From NCBI GenBank assembly GCA_965249725.1, contig CBDFMQ010000002.1:1600001-1664000 (forward strand): a DNA stretch of 64,000 bases, given 5' to 3'. This document shows positions 48,166 through 57,819 of this stretch, piece after piece (the stretch's first letter is position 1; each line of letters opens with the position of its first letter). This DNA is from Longimicrobiales bacterium (GTDB taxonomy: Bacteria > Gemmatimonadota > Gemmatimonadetes > Longimicrobiales > Gaopeijiaceae). A program made the translations under genes and the position numbers. The notes under the pieces are model-generated. The model ran no database searches and was not told the origin of the DNA. It was given only the letters and a program-made list of their open reading frames with translations.

Positions 48166-49611
48166 TTACGGCCCTCCGCGCAATGACCCTTGTCCTGCCG
48201 TTCGAAGGGACGGAGACCAGTCCGGCACCCGAACCTCGAAGCCGCGCAGAAGCATGCGGTACTTACCCGTGGCCGTGTCCACTACCATGAGGCCGGTTCC
48301 CCAATCGCGGCGCCCCACGAAAACGAGATGCCGCCCGTCCGGAGCCCAGCTCGGGTCTTCGTTGTTTCCCTCCCATGTGAGCTGTCTGAGACGGCGCCCC
48401 TGGTCCGCGACCTCGGCCACCAGAATCTGATACCAGCCGCGGCGACTCACGCGTCCGTGGAAGGCCACGTAGTCCCCCATCGGGGCCCATTCCGGCGAGG
48501 TGTAGTACCCCTCTTGGCCGTGCAGATAAGGCGAAATGAGGTCGGCCTCGCCTCCGGCGGCAGGCATCACGTAGATCTGGGGATGGTCCGTGCCGAGGCG
48601 GTTGGAGTTGAACGCCATCCGGAGCCCGTCGGGCGAGAACGTAGGCGATATGTCGTCCCACCGTCCTCCGCTGACATGCGTGAGACAACAGTCCCGCTCC
48701 AGGTCGTACCGGAAGATCCCGCTGCGGTTGCCGCCCGTCACTGCGAATGCCAGCTCCCGGCCGTTCGGCGTATACGTGGGAGTGAAGTGGTCACCCACTC
48801 GGTTGGGCTCCAGTGCTCGTTCCTCGCCGGATTCCAGGTTCAGCTCGTAGATCCTGGGCAACCCGATGTCCTTCCACGACGTAAAGGCGATCCGGCCTCC
48901 GTCGGGAGACCAGGTCGGGGACACCGTGAGGTCACCGTACGACGTCACCTGGCGGAAGTTCTCACCGTCGGAGTCGATGATGAAGATCTCCTGGTTGCCG
49001 TCCTCGCCCCTTTGTGAGAAGGCGATCCGACTGGCGGCCATGCCGGGCTCGTCGAAGATCCACTCGACGATCGCGTCCGAGGCCACGTGAACGGCCATCC
49101 TGAAGTCGTCCGACATGTCGTCGGGGACCGGGAAGCGCCCGCGCTGGCGGACCTCACCATAGACGACGTCATGGAGCTCGATGACCAGCACGAAGCCCTC
49201 TCCGGCACCCTCGAGAGCCCCCGAGAGTAGCCACACCGCGCCGAGTTGATCCCAGAGTTGGTAGTCGATCTCGTCGCCCACCAGGGACTCCGGAAGCGAG
49301 TCCATTATCTCGAACCGGTCGCTGTAGCGGAGGTCCCGGGCCATGATCGCCTCGACCCGGGAAGCCAACGCTTCACCGCCCAGACGGCCCGTGAAGGGCT
49401 GCACGGCCAACGCGGGCTGATAGCCCGTCTCGTAGAGCAGGCCCAGCGTGACGCCCGGAATGGAGTCCTCCACCTGCTGAGCCGACGTGGGTGTCACCGC
49501 AGGCACTGCCGGGAGCACCACCGCGACCAGAACGAGCAGCGATACCCGGAGGTTGCTCCCACAGCCGTGTCTCTTTGAGTTGTTTCTCACGTCCACACCG
49601 ACACCTCCCAC
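48166..49611 (-). CDS. tolB: TolB beta-propeller protein
   Basis: ARDLRYSDRF N-domain, SRIAF, PD40 repeats SPTWSPDG / PTFSPDG / PSWAPDG. Confidence 0.92.
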   Translation of the reverse strand: MGGVGVDVRNNSKRHGCGSNLRVSLLVLVAVVLPAVPAVTPTSAQQVEDSIPGVTLGLLYETGYQPALAVQPFTGRLGGEALASRVEAIMARDLRYSDRFEIMDSLPESLVGDEIDYQLWDQLGAVWLLSGALEGAGEGFVLVIELHDVVYGEVRQRGRFPVPDDMSDDFRMAVHVASDAIVEWIFDEPGMAASRIAFSQRGEDGNQEIFIIDSDGENFRQVTSYGDLTVSPTWSPDGGRIAFTSWKDIGLPRIYELNLESGEERALEPNRVGDHFTPTYTPNGRELAFAVTGGNRSGIFRYDLERDCCLTHVSGGRWDDISPTFSPDGLRMAFNSNRLGTDHPQIYVMPAAGGEADLISPYLHGQEGYYTSPEWAPMGDYVAFHGRVSRRGWYQILVAEVADQGRRLRQLTWEGNNEDPSWAPDGRHLVFVGRRDWGTGLMVVDTATGKYRMLLRGFEVRVPDWSPSLRTAGQGSLRGGP

Positions 49612-49624
49612 TTGGTTGGCCTGC

Positions 49625-50383
49625 TCACGTCGTCGAGTCCTCTAGATCCGTACCGCCCCGACCACTCTTGGGGCCAAAATTGAAGCGGATCGGCAACTGG
49701 TCGTAGGGCAGTTCCTCGGGGAGCGGCCCAAGCCGGCCTCGGGTCCCCGCACACTCCGCGGCTCCCATGGCCTCGATGTCGAAGGGCGTATTCTTCGACG
49801 ACTCCAACACGTCGATGCCGGACACCGTGCCGTCGCGGTTGATCACGAAGAAGATGCTCGCGCTGTAGACGTCGGCTCCCCTCCAGCGGAAGCACCGCTG
49901 CATCTGCCGAATGATGTTGTTGTAGTACTCGGGATAGTCCCGGCGGACTCCCTCCATGCGCACGTTGAGATCCTCGCCCGGGGTCTCCACCTCGGGGTCG
50001 GGGTCGGGGCTCGTGGCCGGTGCCGGTTCTTCCTCGGGCTCCGGAGGCGCCGTCACCTCCTCGGGCTTCGGATCCTCGCGAGGTGGGGGGTCCTCTTCTT
50101 CGATGACGGGCGGCGGTTCCTCTTCCTGCGGCTCCGGCACCACCTCCTCGGGGGTCTCGATGACCAGCTCCTCGGGCGGTGGCGGCGAGGGATCCCCCAG
50201 TTCGGCCGCGGGGGGAGACACCAACTCGATCTCGTAGACGACGAAGTTGGGGATCTCGCGCTCGATGGCCGACATCCACCACGCCAGGAAGATCGCGGCG
50301 CAGTGGATCATCACCGACCCTACGACCGGACCCTTTCCGACGGGTTCGTGCCGCTGCCGACGGGGCGTCGCGACGGGTGTCAT
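49625..50383 (-). CDS. TolA/TonB-family energy transducer
   Basis: TM with SVMIH, Pro/Glu-rich linker, TonB C-terminal-like domain ([15 protein letters not shown]); ATGA overlap with tolR. Confidence 0.85.
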   Translation of the reverse strand: MTPVATPRRQRHEPVGKGPVVGSVMIHCAAIFLAWWMSAIEREIPNFVVYEIELVSPPAAELGDPSPPPPEELVIETPEEVVPEPQEEEPPPVIEEEDPPPREDPKPEEVTAPPEPEEEPAPATSPDPDPEVETPGEDLNVRMEGVRRDYPEYYNNIIRQMQRCFRWRGADVYSASIFFVINRDGTVSGIDVLESSKNTPFDIEAMGAAECAGTRGRLGPLPEELPYDQLPIRFNFGPKSGRGGTDLEDSTT

Positions 50384-50796
50384 CTCGGACGCTGCTGGGC
50401 CACGACGGCGAACGGGAGGCCGCTGTCCTTGATCGTACCCATGATCTCGACGCCGATGCCCCAGGCGGCCAGAGAGTCGGCCTGAATCCATACCCGTTCG
50501 ATGCGGCCGCCCGACACGAGTTGGCCGAAGGACTGTCCGAAGTCCGCCCGGCTCACCGCCGTCTCGGCCAGGTAGACCGTGCCTTCACGGTCCACAGACA
50601 CGATGAGGGTGTTGTCCTCGGCAGACAGGGAGGCGACGTCCGCCTCGGGGACCTCCACCTCGATGCCCCCCTGAAGGATGGGCGCCGTGATGATGAAGAT
50701 GATGAGCAGCGTGAACGCCACGTCGACCAGGCTGGTGACGTTGATGTCGGCCATGGGCTCGAGACCGCGGTCCCGACCCGACCTGGACCGTATCAT
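50380..50796 (-). CDS. tolR: TolR/ExbD
   Basis: [28 protein letters not shown]. Confidence 0.92.
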   Translation of the reverse strand: MIRSRSGRDRGLEPMADINVTSLVDVAFTLLIIFIITAPILQGGIEVEVPEADVASLSAEDNTLIVSVDREGTVYLAETAVSRADFGQSFGQLVSGGRIERVWIQADSLAAWGIGVEIMGTIKDSGLPFAVVAQQRPR

Positions 50797-50808
50797 CCGG
50801 ACACGCTC

Positions 50809-50872
50809 CCCACCGGCCTGCCCGGCGGCCTGCCCGGCGGCCTGCCCGGCGGCCTGCCCACCGGCCTGCCCA
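50809..50872. repeat. 12-bp tandem repeat CCC(GG/AC)CGGCCTG x5 between tolQ and tolR
   Basis: Three identical central units flanked by two identical variant units. Confidence 0.92.
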
Positions 50873-50893
50873 CATCAAACCCGAGCCTACGGA

Positions 50894-51613
50894 TCATACC
50901 CTGCCCTCGCGGGCCAGCGTCCCGATGAACTCGCTGGAGAAGCCCTCCAGCTCGCCACTCACGAGGTTGAGTCGGGCCACGAAGTGGTTGTAGGCAATCA
51001 CCGCCGGTATGGCCACCGCCAGCCCGGCCACAGTGGTCACCAACGCCTCGGCCACACCAGGGGCCACGGCCCCGATGTTCGTGGAGCCCGACGCCGTGAT
51101 GCCCAGGAACGTGTTGGTGATGCCAATCACCGTGCCCATGAGTCCCAAGAGTGGAGAAACCGAGCCCATGACGGCGAGCCAGGTGAGGCCTCGGGACAAC
51201 TCGTCCCTCTCCTCGGCCTCTTCCTTTTCGAGGACCAGCTTCAGCGCCTGCAACTGAGTGAGCGAGAGTCCCTCGCCCACCGGCGCGCCCTCTCGCAGAG
51301 CCCCCGGCCGGAGTTCGCTGAAGAAGTTGACCCCTTGGCGGAAGACCCGACCGTAGGGCGACTCCGGGAGGGCGATGATGGCCTTGTAGGCGTCTTCCAG
51401 GCCCGTCGCGCGCTCCATCTGCTGCAGGAAGCGGTTGCCCTGTTGCCGCACGGTCCTGAACTGCTTCACCTTCCAGAAAATGAGGATCCAGGAGGCGGCG
51501 GAAGACACGGCGAGCAGGAGCAGGACCAACCGGGTCGGAAGGCTCCCACCGAACACCATGTCCCACGCGCTGGTCGGCCCCCTGGCCTGTGCGAGGAGCA
51601 TAAACAGCCCCAT
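50894..51613 (-). CDS. tolQ: TolQ/ExbB proton channel
   Basis: SPLLGLMGTVIGI, VAPGVAEALVTTVAGLAVAIPAVIAYN. Confidence 0.94.
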   Translation of the reverse strand: MGLFMLLAQARGPTSAWDMVFGGSLPTRLVLLLLAVSSAASWILIFWKVKQFRTVRQQGNRFLQQMERATGLEDAYKAIIALPESPYGRVFRQGVNFFSELRPGALREGAPVGEGLSLTQLQALKLVLEKEEAEERDELSRGLTWLAVMGSVSPLLGLMGTVIGITNTFLGITASGSTNIGAVAPGVAEALVTTVAGLAVAIPAVIAYNHFVARLNLVSGELEGFSSEFIGTLAREGRV

Positions 51614-52585
51614 CTATCCCCCGTTTCTTCGGTTGGCGATAAAGTCGAAGGTCTCTTTGAGACCATCCTCCAGCGAGTGATCGGGCGCCCAGCCCCGATC
51701 GGCGAGCCGGGACACATCAAGGGTGCTGTGTCGCAGCTCTCCCGGGCGCTCACCACGGTAGACGCGTCCGGGGCGATCCTCCGCGATGCTCTCGAGCACA
51801 TCGGCGAGCCGATTCACGCTGGTCGGCTTCCCCGTGCCCACGTTGAACGCCACCGAATCGAGATCGGGCTCTCGGCCGAGCGTCATCTCCGAGGCCCTGA
51901 GGTTGGCGCTCACCACGTCCTTCACATACACGTAATCGCGGGTCTGCTCTCCGTCACCGTAGATGGTGAGCTCCTCACCGGACCGAAGGCGGTTGCAGAA
52001 CATCGCTACTACACCCGCCTCTCCATGTGGATCCTGGCGCGGTCCGTACACGTTCGCATAACGCAGAGCCACGTATTCCAGGCCGTGGATCTCGCGATAG
52101 TAGTGGAGATAGTACTCCCCGGAGAGCTTGGTGACGCCGTAGGGTGAAAGGGGTCGCTTGGGCGCCGACTCGGGTGTGGGAATCTCGTCGGGCTCGCCAT
52201 AGACGACCCCGCCACTGGACACGAAGACGACCCGTTGGGTGCCCGCCTCGCGAGCGCCCTCCAGCACATTGAGGAGCCCGATGACGTTCACCCGAGCGTC
52301 GCGAGCCGGGTCGGTCACGGAGGTGCGGACGTCGATCTGGGCCGCATGCTGGCTGACGAGATCGAACCTCACCTCCCGGAAGAGGTCGCGGAGCGCGGGG
52401 TCCGCAATGTCCATCTCCAGGAACTCCACGTCCGGGCTCACGTTCTCGCGAACACCGCTGGAGAGGTCGTCCACGACCCACACGCGGTCACCACGCGCCA
52501 CGTAGGCATCCGCCACGTGGCTGCCAATGAACCCCGCGCCACCCGTCACGAGGACGTTTCTTGCTGAATCAGTCACCGGTGTCAT
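51614..52585 (-). CDS. NAD-dependent epimerase (UDP-glucose 4-epimerase-like)
   Basis: VTGGAGFIGSH, SSGGVVYG, YGVTK, RYANVYGPRQDPHGEAGVV. Confidence 0.9.
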   Translation of the reverse strand: MTPVTDSARNVLVTGGAGFIGSHVADAYVARGDRVWVVDDLSSGVRENVSPDVEFLEMDIADPALRDLFREVRFDLVSQHAAQIDVRTSVTDPARDARVNVIGLLNVLEGAREAGTQRVVFVSSGGVVYGEPDEIPTPESAPKRPLSPYGVTKLSGEYYLHYYREIHGLEYVALRYANVYGPRQDPHGEAGVVAMFCNRLRSGEELTIYGDGEQTRDYVYVKDVVSANLRASEMTLGREPDLDSVAFNVGTGKPTSVNRLADVLESIAEDRPGRVYRGERPGELRHSTLDVSRLADRGWAPDHSLEDGLKETFDFIANRRNGG

Positions 52586-54017
52586 TCTGCTCCGGTTGTT
52601 CAGCAAGTTCCGATCCAGAGTCCGCGACGGCGTCCACCGGCCCCTCCCAATCCACGTCGGCCCGATCGCCGGACCCGGCGTCCGAACCGGCGTCCGAACC
52701 GGCGTCCGAACCGGCGTCCGAACCGGCGTCCGGCCCCAAGTCGTCGATGGCGTGCAGGAAGCGAACGGCGTCGATGAACTCGGCACCTCGGCCGTTGGCG
52801 GCCCCCTCCTTCAGGCGGGTCGTCGGCTCGTGCAGCAGCTTGTTCAGCAGCCGCTTCGAAAACGACTCCACGACCTCGCGGTCCTCGGGAGGCAGGTGGG
52901 AGAGGCGGTGCCACAGCCAATTCAGCTCGCTCTCCCTCAGGTGGCCCCATCGGCTTCGTAGGCTCGTGATCAGGGGTACGACGTCCCGGGAGTCGTGCCA
53001 ATGCGCGAACGCGTCCGCGTGCTCTTCTACGATGGCCTCGGCGTCGGAGACGGAGGCCCGTCTCTGCGTGAGGTTGCCATCGATGATCTCGCGGAGGTCA
53101 TCGACGTTGTAGAGGAACACGTTGGCCTCACCGCCCAGCTCGGGCTCCACGTCTCTGGGAATGGCCAGGTCCAGGACGAGAAGCGGTTTCTTGCGACGCC
53201 CCCCTACCGCATGACGGAAGCCGTCGAGGGTGACCAAGGCGTGGGGCGCCGCCGTAGACGCGACCAGGATGTCGGTCTGAGCCAGGGCGAACGGCATCTC
53301 GTCGAAGTGTACGGCCTTTCCATCCAGCCGGCCGGCGAGGTCCTGGGCGCGGTCGTAGGTCCGATTGGCCACGACGAGGCCCTGAATGCGATCCCGTTTC
53401 ATGGCCTCCACAACCAACTCCGCCGTGTTTCCGGCGCCGAGGATCATCACCTCCCGACCCTCCAGGCTGCCGAAGATCTTGCGGGCCAGGGCCACCGCGA
53501 CCGAAGCCACGCTCGCTGCTCCTTCGCCGAGCGGGGTCTTCGAGCGAATCTGGCCGCCGACGGCGAACGCCGTCTGGAACAGCCGGTGGAGCACCGGGCC
53601 GGCGACGGGGGGATCGGCGGGAACGCGACCGGCCAGCTCGTAGGCGCTCTTCACCTGCCCCTGGATCTCGGCCTCACCCAGAACCAGGGAATCGAGCCCG
53701 GCCACGACGCGGTACAGATGGCGCACGGCCTCCAGGCCCCGTTCTCGGTAGAGATACTGAGCGGTCCCGCCCACGAACCCCCCGGCCTTTTCGGCCAGGA
53801 CGGCTTCTCCCGCGGCCACGAGGGCGGGATCCGATCCGGGGCACAGATACAGCTCGGTCCGGTTGCACGTGGAGAGGAGAACGGCTTCCTGCATCCCGGC
53901 ACGGTTGCGGAGTCCTCCGAGCACCCCTACCACCTCGTTGTCGGTGAAGGCGAAACGCTCCCGGATCTCGACGGGTGCTGTGCGATGGCTCACACCCACG
54001 ACCGCGATGGAGGTCAC
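52569..54017 (-). CDS. hemA: Glutamyl-tRNA reductase
   Basis: GVSHRTAPVEIRE, LSTCNRTE, GLDSLVLGEAEIQGQ, GAGNT, DLAIPRD. Confidence 0.97.
   Translation of the reverse strand: MTSIAVVGVSHRTAPVEIRERFAFTDNEVVGVLGGLRNRAGMQEAVLLSTCNRTELYLCPGSDPALVAAGEAVLAEKAGGFVGGTAQYLYRERGLEAVRHLYRVVAGLDSLVLGEAEIQGQVKSAYELAGRVPADPPVAGPVLHRLFQTAFAVGGQIRSKTPLGEGAASVASVAVALARKIFGSLEGREVMILGAGNTAELVVEAMKRDRIQGLVVANRTYDRAQDLAGRLDGKAVHFDEMPFALAQTDILVASTAAPHALVTLDGFRHAVGGRRKKPLLVLDLAIPRDVEPELGGEANVFLYNVDDLREIIDGNLTQRRASVSDAEAIVEEHADAFAHWHDSRDVVPLITSLRSRWGHLRESELNWLWHRLSHLPPEDREVVESFSKRLLNKLLHEPTTRLKEGAANGRGAEFIDAVRFLHAIDDLGPDAGSDAGSDAGSDAGSDAGSGDRADVDWEGPVDAVADSGSELAEQPEQNDTGD
52675..52732. repeat. 12-bp perfect tandem repeat CCGGCGTCCGAA x4 plus partial in the hemA tail (DAGS)
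   Basis: Read directly. Confidence 0.93.
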
Positions 54018-54823
54018 AGGAAGAAGTCCCCGTCGGTGCTCACCACTCGAAGCGTCAGATACGACACGATGATGAACGTGAAGCCCACCACGGTCGTCAA
54101 AGCGCTCCTACGCTCCTTGAGACCTCCACCCGCCCTCGATCCCAGAGCCACCACGAAGACCAACCAAGTCAGCAGGGCCCAGACGACCTTGGGATTCGTC
54201 TGATCCAAGGAGTTCCTGAAGCTCACCGTCCACGCGAATCCCAGGACGATGGAGATGGTGAAGGCGGGGAGCCCCGCCACCAGGCCGAAGCGGACGAGGC
54301 GATCCAACGTGGCCAGCGGCGGTGTGAACTCGAAGAGTCGGCCCAGCCGCTTTCCCTTGATCTCACGGAGCTGGACCAAGTAGAGAAGTCCCGCCGCGAA
54401 GGCTAGAGCCATGCCGCAGAGCCCGAGGAACGCAAGCGTCACATGGAAAACGAACCATGCACCCTGAAAATCCAGCAGTTCTGATGTGGGCTCGAACCCG
54501 AGAGAGACGGCGATACCCTGGAGGACGATCACGCCCGGGACGATGACGATGCCGACCCGTCGCACTTCGCCCAAGCCGAGGGTGGCGACCAGACCCGCAC
54601 CGATGATCAGAGCCAGCGTAGAGAGCGACGGAGCCAGTCCTACGAGGGGGAGCTGGCCGTAGGCGGTCGTGAAGCCCGCCAGCGCGATCGCATGCACCAC
54701 CACACCTGCGGTGGCCATTCCAAATGCGAGTTGGGGTCCACGACCCCGCCCTCCGGCCAAGAGAGAGCGAAACCACAGGACTAGGGATCCCGTGTATAGA
54801 AAAAGGGCGACTACGTGTGTCAA
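54014..54823 (-). CDS. Cytochrome c assembly family membrane protein (CcsA/HemX-like)
   Basis: About 8 TMs, WFVFHVTLAF, PPLATLDRL, NPKVVWALLTW; ATGA-coupled to hemA. Confidence 0.85.
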   Translation of the reverse strand: MTHVVALFLYTGSLVLWFRSLLAGGRGRGPQLAFGMATAGVVVHAIALAGFTTAYGQLPLVGLAPSLSTLALIIGAGLVATLGLGEVRRVGIVIVPGVIVLQGIAVSLGFEPTSELLDFQGAWFVFHVTLAFLGLCGMALAFAAGLLYLVQLREIKGKRLGRLFEFTPPLATLDRLVRFGLVAGLPAFTISIVLGFAWTVSFRNSLDQTNPKVVWALLTWLVFVVALGSRAGGGLKERRSALTTVVGFTFIIVSYLTLRVVSTDGDFFL

Positions 54824-54853
54824 CGGGGCCGCATCAGGGTGAAAGTTCTGGAC

Positions 54854-55936
54854 CTACCTCATCTTTCGATCCAAGTGTACCGCGATCCCGGTGTGGAACA
54901 CAGGCCCCGTGACGGACACGATCCTCGCCGAAGCGGTCTGGCTTTCGGTCGCGACCACACGTAGGCGACCCACGACCTCTTCGGTGGAGCCGTCTCCCTC
55001 GAACGCGACGTATTCGTCGCCGATGTCCACACCATGCTCGCCACCCCTGTTCAGAATGGCGATGTCCCCGAGGTTGTACAGCGCGTGCGACCCACCGAAC
55101 TCGAGGACCCTGGCACCGGTGCGGTTCGTCACCGCGTCGGGATACTGTCCAGCCACAAGGTTGAAGTCCGGCGCCGGGCGGACGAAGTCACCCAATTGAA
55201 CCAGCTCGAACGGCTGAAGTACCACACCCTCGACGACCCCGCCATCGACCATGGTGACGGACATCATCCCCGTGGGACGAATGATCGTGCCCACACCCAT
55301 GACGGTCCGGAGGGGACTATAGATCTGGAGCGCGTCTCCCATGGAGACGTTGAAACCGGGGACGAGGTCGAGACGGACGCGCGTGTACGGGAGAGCGGTC
55401 CGAAGCTCACCTTCGGCAAGGAAGGCCGCGACCTGCCCGTCGAACTCGATGTCGTCCGGATTCTCGGGCCCCAACCACTCGGCGGACCACACCGAGGCGC
55501 GGCTCACCAACAGGTAGTCGTCCTGAGTGAGAGCGAACACGCCATCCGCCCCGCCTGAGGTGCGGTAGAACACGGACTTGCGATCGCGCTCACTTATGGG
55601 CTCTTCGGCTGGCGGCGCCTCCGGGGTCTGTGGGGCCACCGTGACCGCCACTTCCCCGACCCTCGCCGGCTCGTCCGCAGCCATCTCGGCCGCGATTCCG
55701 GGGATCACGAACTGCTGATCCGGTTCGATGAGGTTGGGATCCTCGATCTGGGTCCGATTCGCCTCATAGATCTGGGGCCAGAGGAACGGATCCTCGTAAT
55801 ACCGCTGAGCCAGAGCCCAGAGGGTCTCTCCCGCCACTACGACGTGGGTTTGGGAAGCGGTCTCTGCAGGCTGCTGGGCAGCCGCAAAACCGGGCAAAAT
55901 TGTCAGGGCCAGCGCGGTTAGGCCTAACCGGACCAT
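54854..55936 (-). CDS. Exported LysM peptidoglycan-binding protein
   Basis: Signal peptide (AAA-Q), HVVVAGETLWALAQRYYEDPFLWPQIYEAN..IEDPNLIEP. Confidence 0.88.
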   Translation of the reverse strand: MVRLGLTALALTILPGFAAAQQPAETASQTHVVVAGETLWALAQRYYEDPFLWPQIYEANRTQIEDPNLIEPDQQFVIPGIAAEMAADEPARVGEVAVTVAPQTPEAPPAEEPISERDRKSVFYRTSGGADGVFALTQDDYLLVSRASVWSAEWLGPENPDDIEFDGQVAAFLAEGELRTALPYTRVRLDLVPGFNVSMGDALQIYSPLRTVMGVGTIIRPTGMMSVTMVDGGVVEGVVLQPFELVQLGDFVRPAPDFNLVAGQYPDAVTNRTGARVLEFGGSHALYNLGDIAILNRGGEHGVDIGDEYVAFEGDGSTEEVVGRLRVVATESQTASARIVSVTGPVFHTGIAVHLDRKMR

Positions 55937-55990
55937 GATCGCTTCCTTTTCCAGATGGGACGGGACTTTATCCTCTGCTATCCATCGTCG

Positions 55991-56020
55991 AAGATAGGCC
56001 GATATGGCCCCGGCGGTCAA
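55991..56020 (-). promoter_or_regulatory. Putative sigma70 promoter TTGACC-N18-TATCTT with AT-rich upstream tract
   Basis: Minus-strand hexamers; A/T tract at about 56025-56058. Confidence 0.5.
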
Positions 56021-56063
56021 CGCGTTTTTTGCAATTCAACTACAAACGTTTCTCAAACGATGC

Positions 56064-56600
56064 TCAGGAATCGTGAGCATTCCCGTCCGATCCCAAGGCC
56101 AATTTGAGCACCCGAGCGTCCTCGCGAGGCCGCTCGTAGTACGCTTTCCGGACCCCCACCTCGACGAATCCGCGCCCTCCGTAGAGGCGCAGCGCCCCTT
56201 CGTTCGACTCGCGAACCTCGAGGTACAGGTTCCGCACGCCGGCCTTCTCAGCCACGTCCAACATCCAATCGAGCAGCCGGGAACCGATTCCCTGCCCCCT
56301 CAGGTCGTCTCGAACGGCGATGTTCGCCAATTCGCCTTCCTCGAGGATGCACCAAAGGATGGCGTAGGCGGCCACTTCTCCCTCCAGATCGGCCACCCAC
56401 AGCTCTACGCCGGGGCGTTGGAGGAGCGAGTGGAAGGTGTCTTCCTTCCAGGGAGTGCTGAAGGTGGACGCCTCCATCCGGGCTACCGCCGCCGCGTCCC
56501 CGGCGGCCATGGGGCGCATGATCGGCCGGGGCCCGCCAGGCTCCCCACCAGGCTCCCCACCGGGCTCCCCACCGAGCTCCCCACCGGGCTCCCCACTCAC
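56064..56600 (-). CDS. rimI: Ribosomal-protein-alanine N-acetyltransferase RimI
   Basis: FSTPW, ELANIAV..RGQGIG, LEVRESN..LY..GF..VGVRKAYY..EDA. Confidence 0.93.
   Translation of the reverse strand: MSGEPGGELGGEPGGEPGGEPGGPRPIMRPMAAGDAAAVARMEASTFSTPWKEDTFHSLLQRPGVELWVADLEGEVAAYAILWCILEEGELANIAVRDDLRGQGIGSRLLDWMLDVAEKAGVRNLYLEVRESNEGALRLYGGRGFVEVGVRKAYYERPREDARVLKLALGSDGNAHDS
56536..56595. repeat. 12-bp tandem repeat CC(A/G)(G/A)GCTCCCCA x5 right after the rimI start (GEPG)
   Basis: Five consecutive units with 0-1 substitution relative to CCGGGCTCCCCA. Confidence 0.92.
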
Positions 56601-57361
56601 GGGGCCGGACCGGAGAGGCGCTCCGCCGACGAGGGGCGGAGATAGTCGGGCGCCCAGCGGGCCAGATCCTCGACCGGCGCCCTCGTCGGACCGTTCCTCA
56701 GAACGGACAGCAACCCATCTGCCGTCGGCATGCCCAGCGGCGGCTGGAGCATCGGAAACCCGGCCCCACGGATCTCATCAGCGTGTCGGTCGGCCCCGTC
56801 GCCGGCGAAGATCGAAAGCGGCACGGTGCCCGACAGGATCTCGCCGATGGTCGTGGAGTGGGGGGCGATGAGCTCCTCCAACCCGTGGTCGCTGGGGAGA
56901 TAGCACGCCGCATAGACGCGGTCGCTGCGCGCATCGAACAGAACGTAGCGGGGCCACATGCGTTCGTCGGCGGACAGCTCCGCCCGTATACCGTCGGAGA
57001 GCGGCACCCAGGGTGCGTCCACCGCGGCGGCTCCCGCCTCTAGGGACGATACGGGCCAGACCGGGATCTCGAGGGCCTGTGCCAGGCCCTTGGCCGTGGA
57101 CGCGGCCACCCGGACTCCCGTGAACGACCCCGGCCCCGATCCCACCACCAGCCCCGCGAGCTCGCGGAGGTCCACCCCCGCCTCCTCCAGGATCTCGTGG
57201 ATCTTGGGAATCAAATCGGACGAGTGCGCACCCTGGCGTCTCAACTCCGTCCGGGCCAGGACGTCGGTTCCCGCTCCGACGGCCACCGAACCCACCGGCG
57301 TGGAGGTGTCGAAGGCGAGAAGGAGACCTTCCACCAGCCGGAGCGGGGCTGGATCGCTCAT
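56597..57361 (-). CDS. tsaB: t6A biosynthesis protein TsaB
   Basis: LAFDTST, GSGPGSFTGVRV..AKGLA, DAR..VY, PDYLR. Confidence 0.95.
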   Translation of the reverse strand: MSDPAPLRLVEGLLLAFDTSTPVGSVAVGAGTDVLARTELRRQGAHSSDLIPKIHEILEEAGVDLRELAGLVVGSGPGSFTGVRVAASTAKGLAQALEIPVWPVSSLEAGAAAVDAPWVPLSDGIRAELSADERMWPRYVLFDARSDRVYAACYLPSDHGLEELIAPHSTTIGEILSGTVPLSIFAGDGADRHADEIRGAGFPMLQPPLGMPTADGLLSVLRNGPTRAPVEDLARWAPDYLRPSSAERLSGPAP

Positions 57362-57819
57362 GCGCTCAACGACACCGGGAACCCAGGAAGATGTGGTGGC
57401 CGTCCGACGCGGTTCACCTCGACGGTGCGGCTGTCCGGGTCGCCTTCCACGTGTGCCAGTAGGACCTCCCAACGATCCCGCGGCAGGTGCTCCTCCGCCC
57501 TCTCGGGCCACTCCACAAGGACGAGTTCGTCGGGCGCACCGAGTTCCTGCCAGCCCAGTTCCCACAACTCTTCGACTTCGGGCACGCGGTAGAGATCGAG
57601 ATGCACGATCTGCAGCCCTCGGGAGGTCGGATAGCGGAAGAGGATGTTGAACGTGGGTGAGGGAATGGCCCCCTCCACACCGGCACCCCGGGCGATCGAT
57701 CGGGCCAACACCGACTTCCCCGCACCCAGCGGCCCCCGTAGCATCACGAACATGGGGGCCCGCACTTCAGCGCCGATGACCTCGCCCCAACGGGCCAGCT
57801 GCACCTCACTCAGGTTCAT
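57358..57819 (-). CDS. tsaE: t6A biosynthesis ATPase TsaE
   Basis: [21 protein letters not shown]. Confidence 0.96.
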   Translation of the reverse strand: MNLSEVQLARWGEVIGAEVRAPMFVMLRGPLGAGKSVLARSIARGAGVEGAIPSPTFNILFRYPTSRGLQIVHLDLYRVPEVEELWELGWQELGAPDELVLVEWPERAEEHLPRDRWEVLLAHVEGDPDSRTVEVNRVGRPPHLPGFPVSLSA

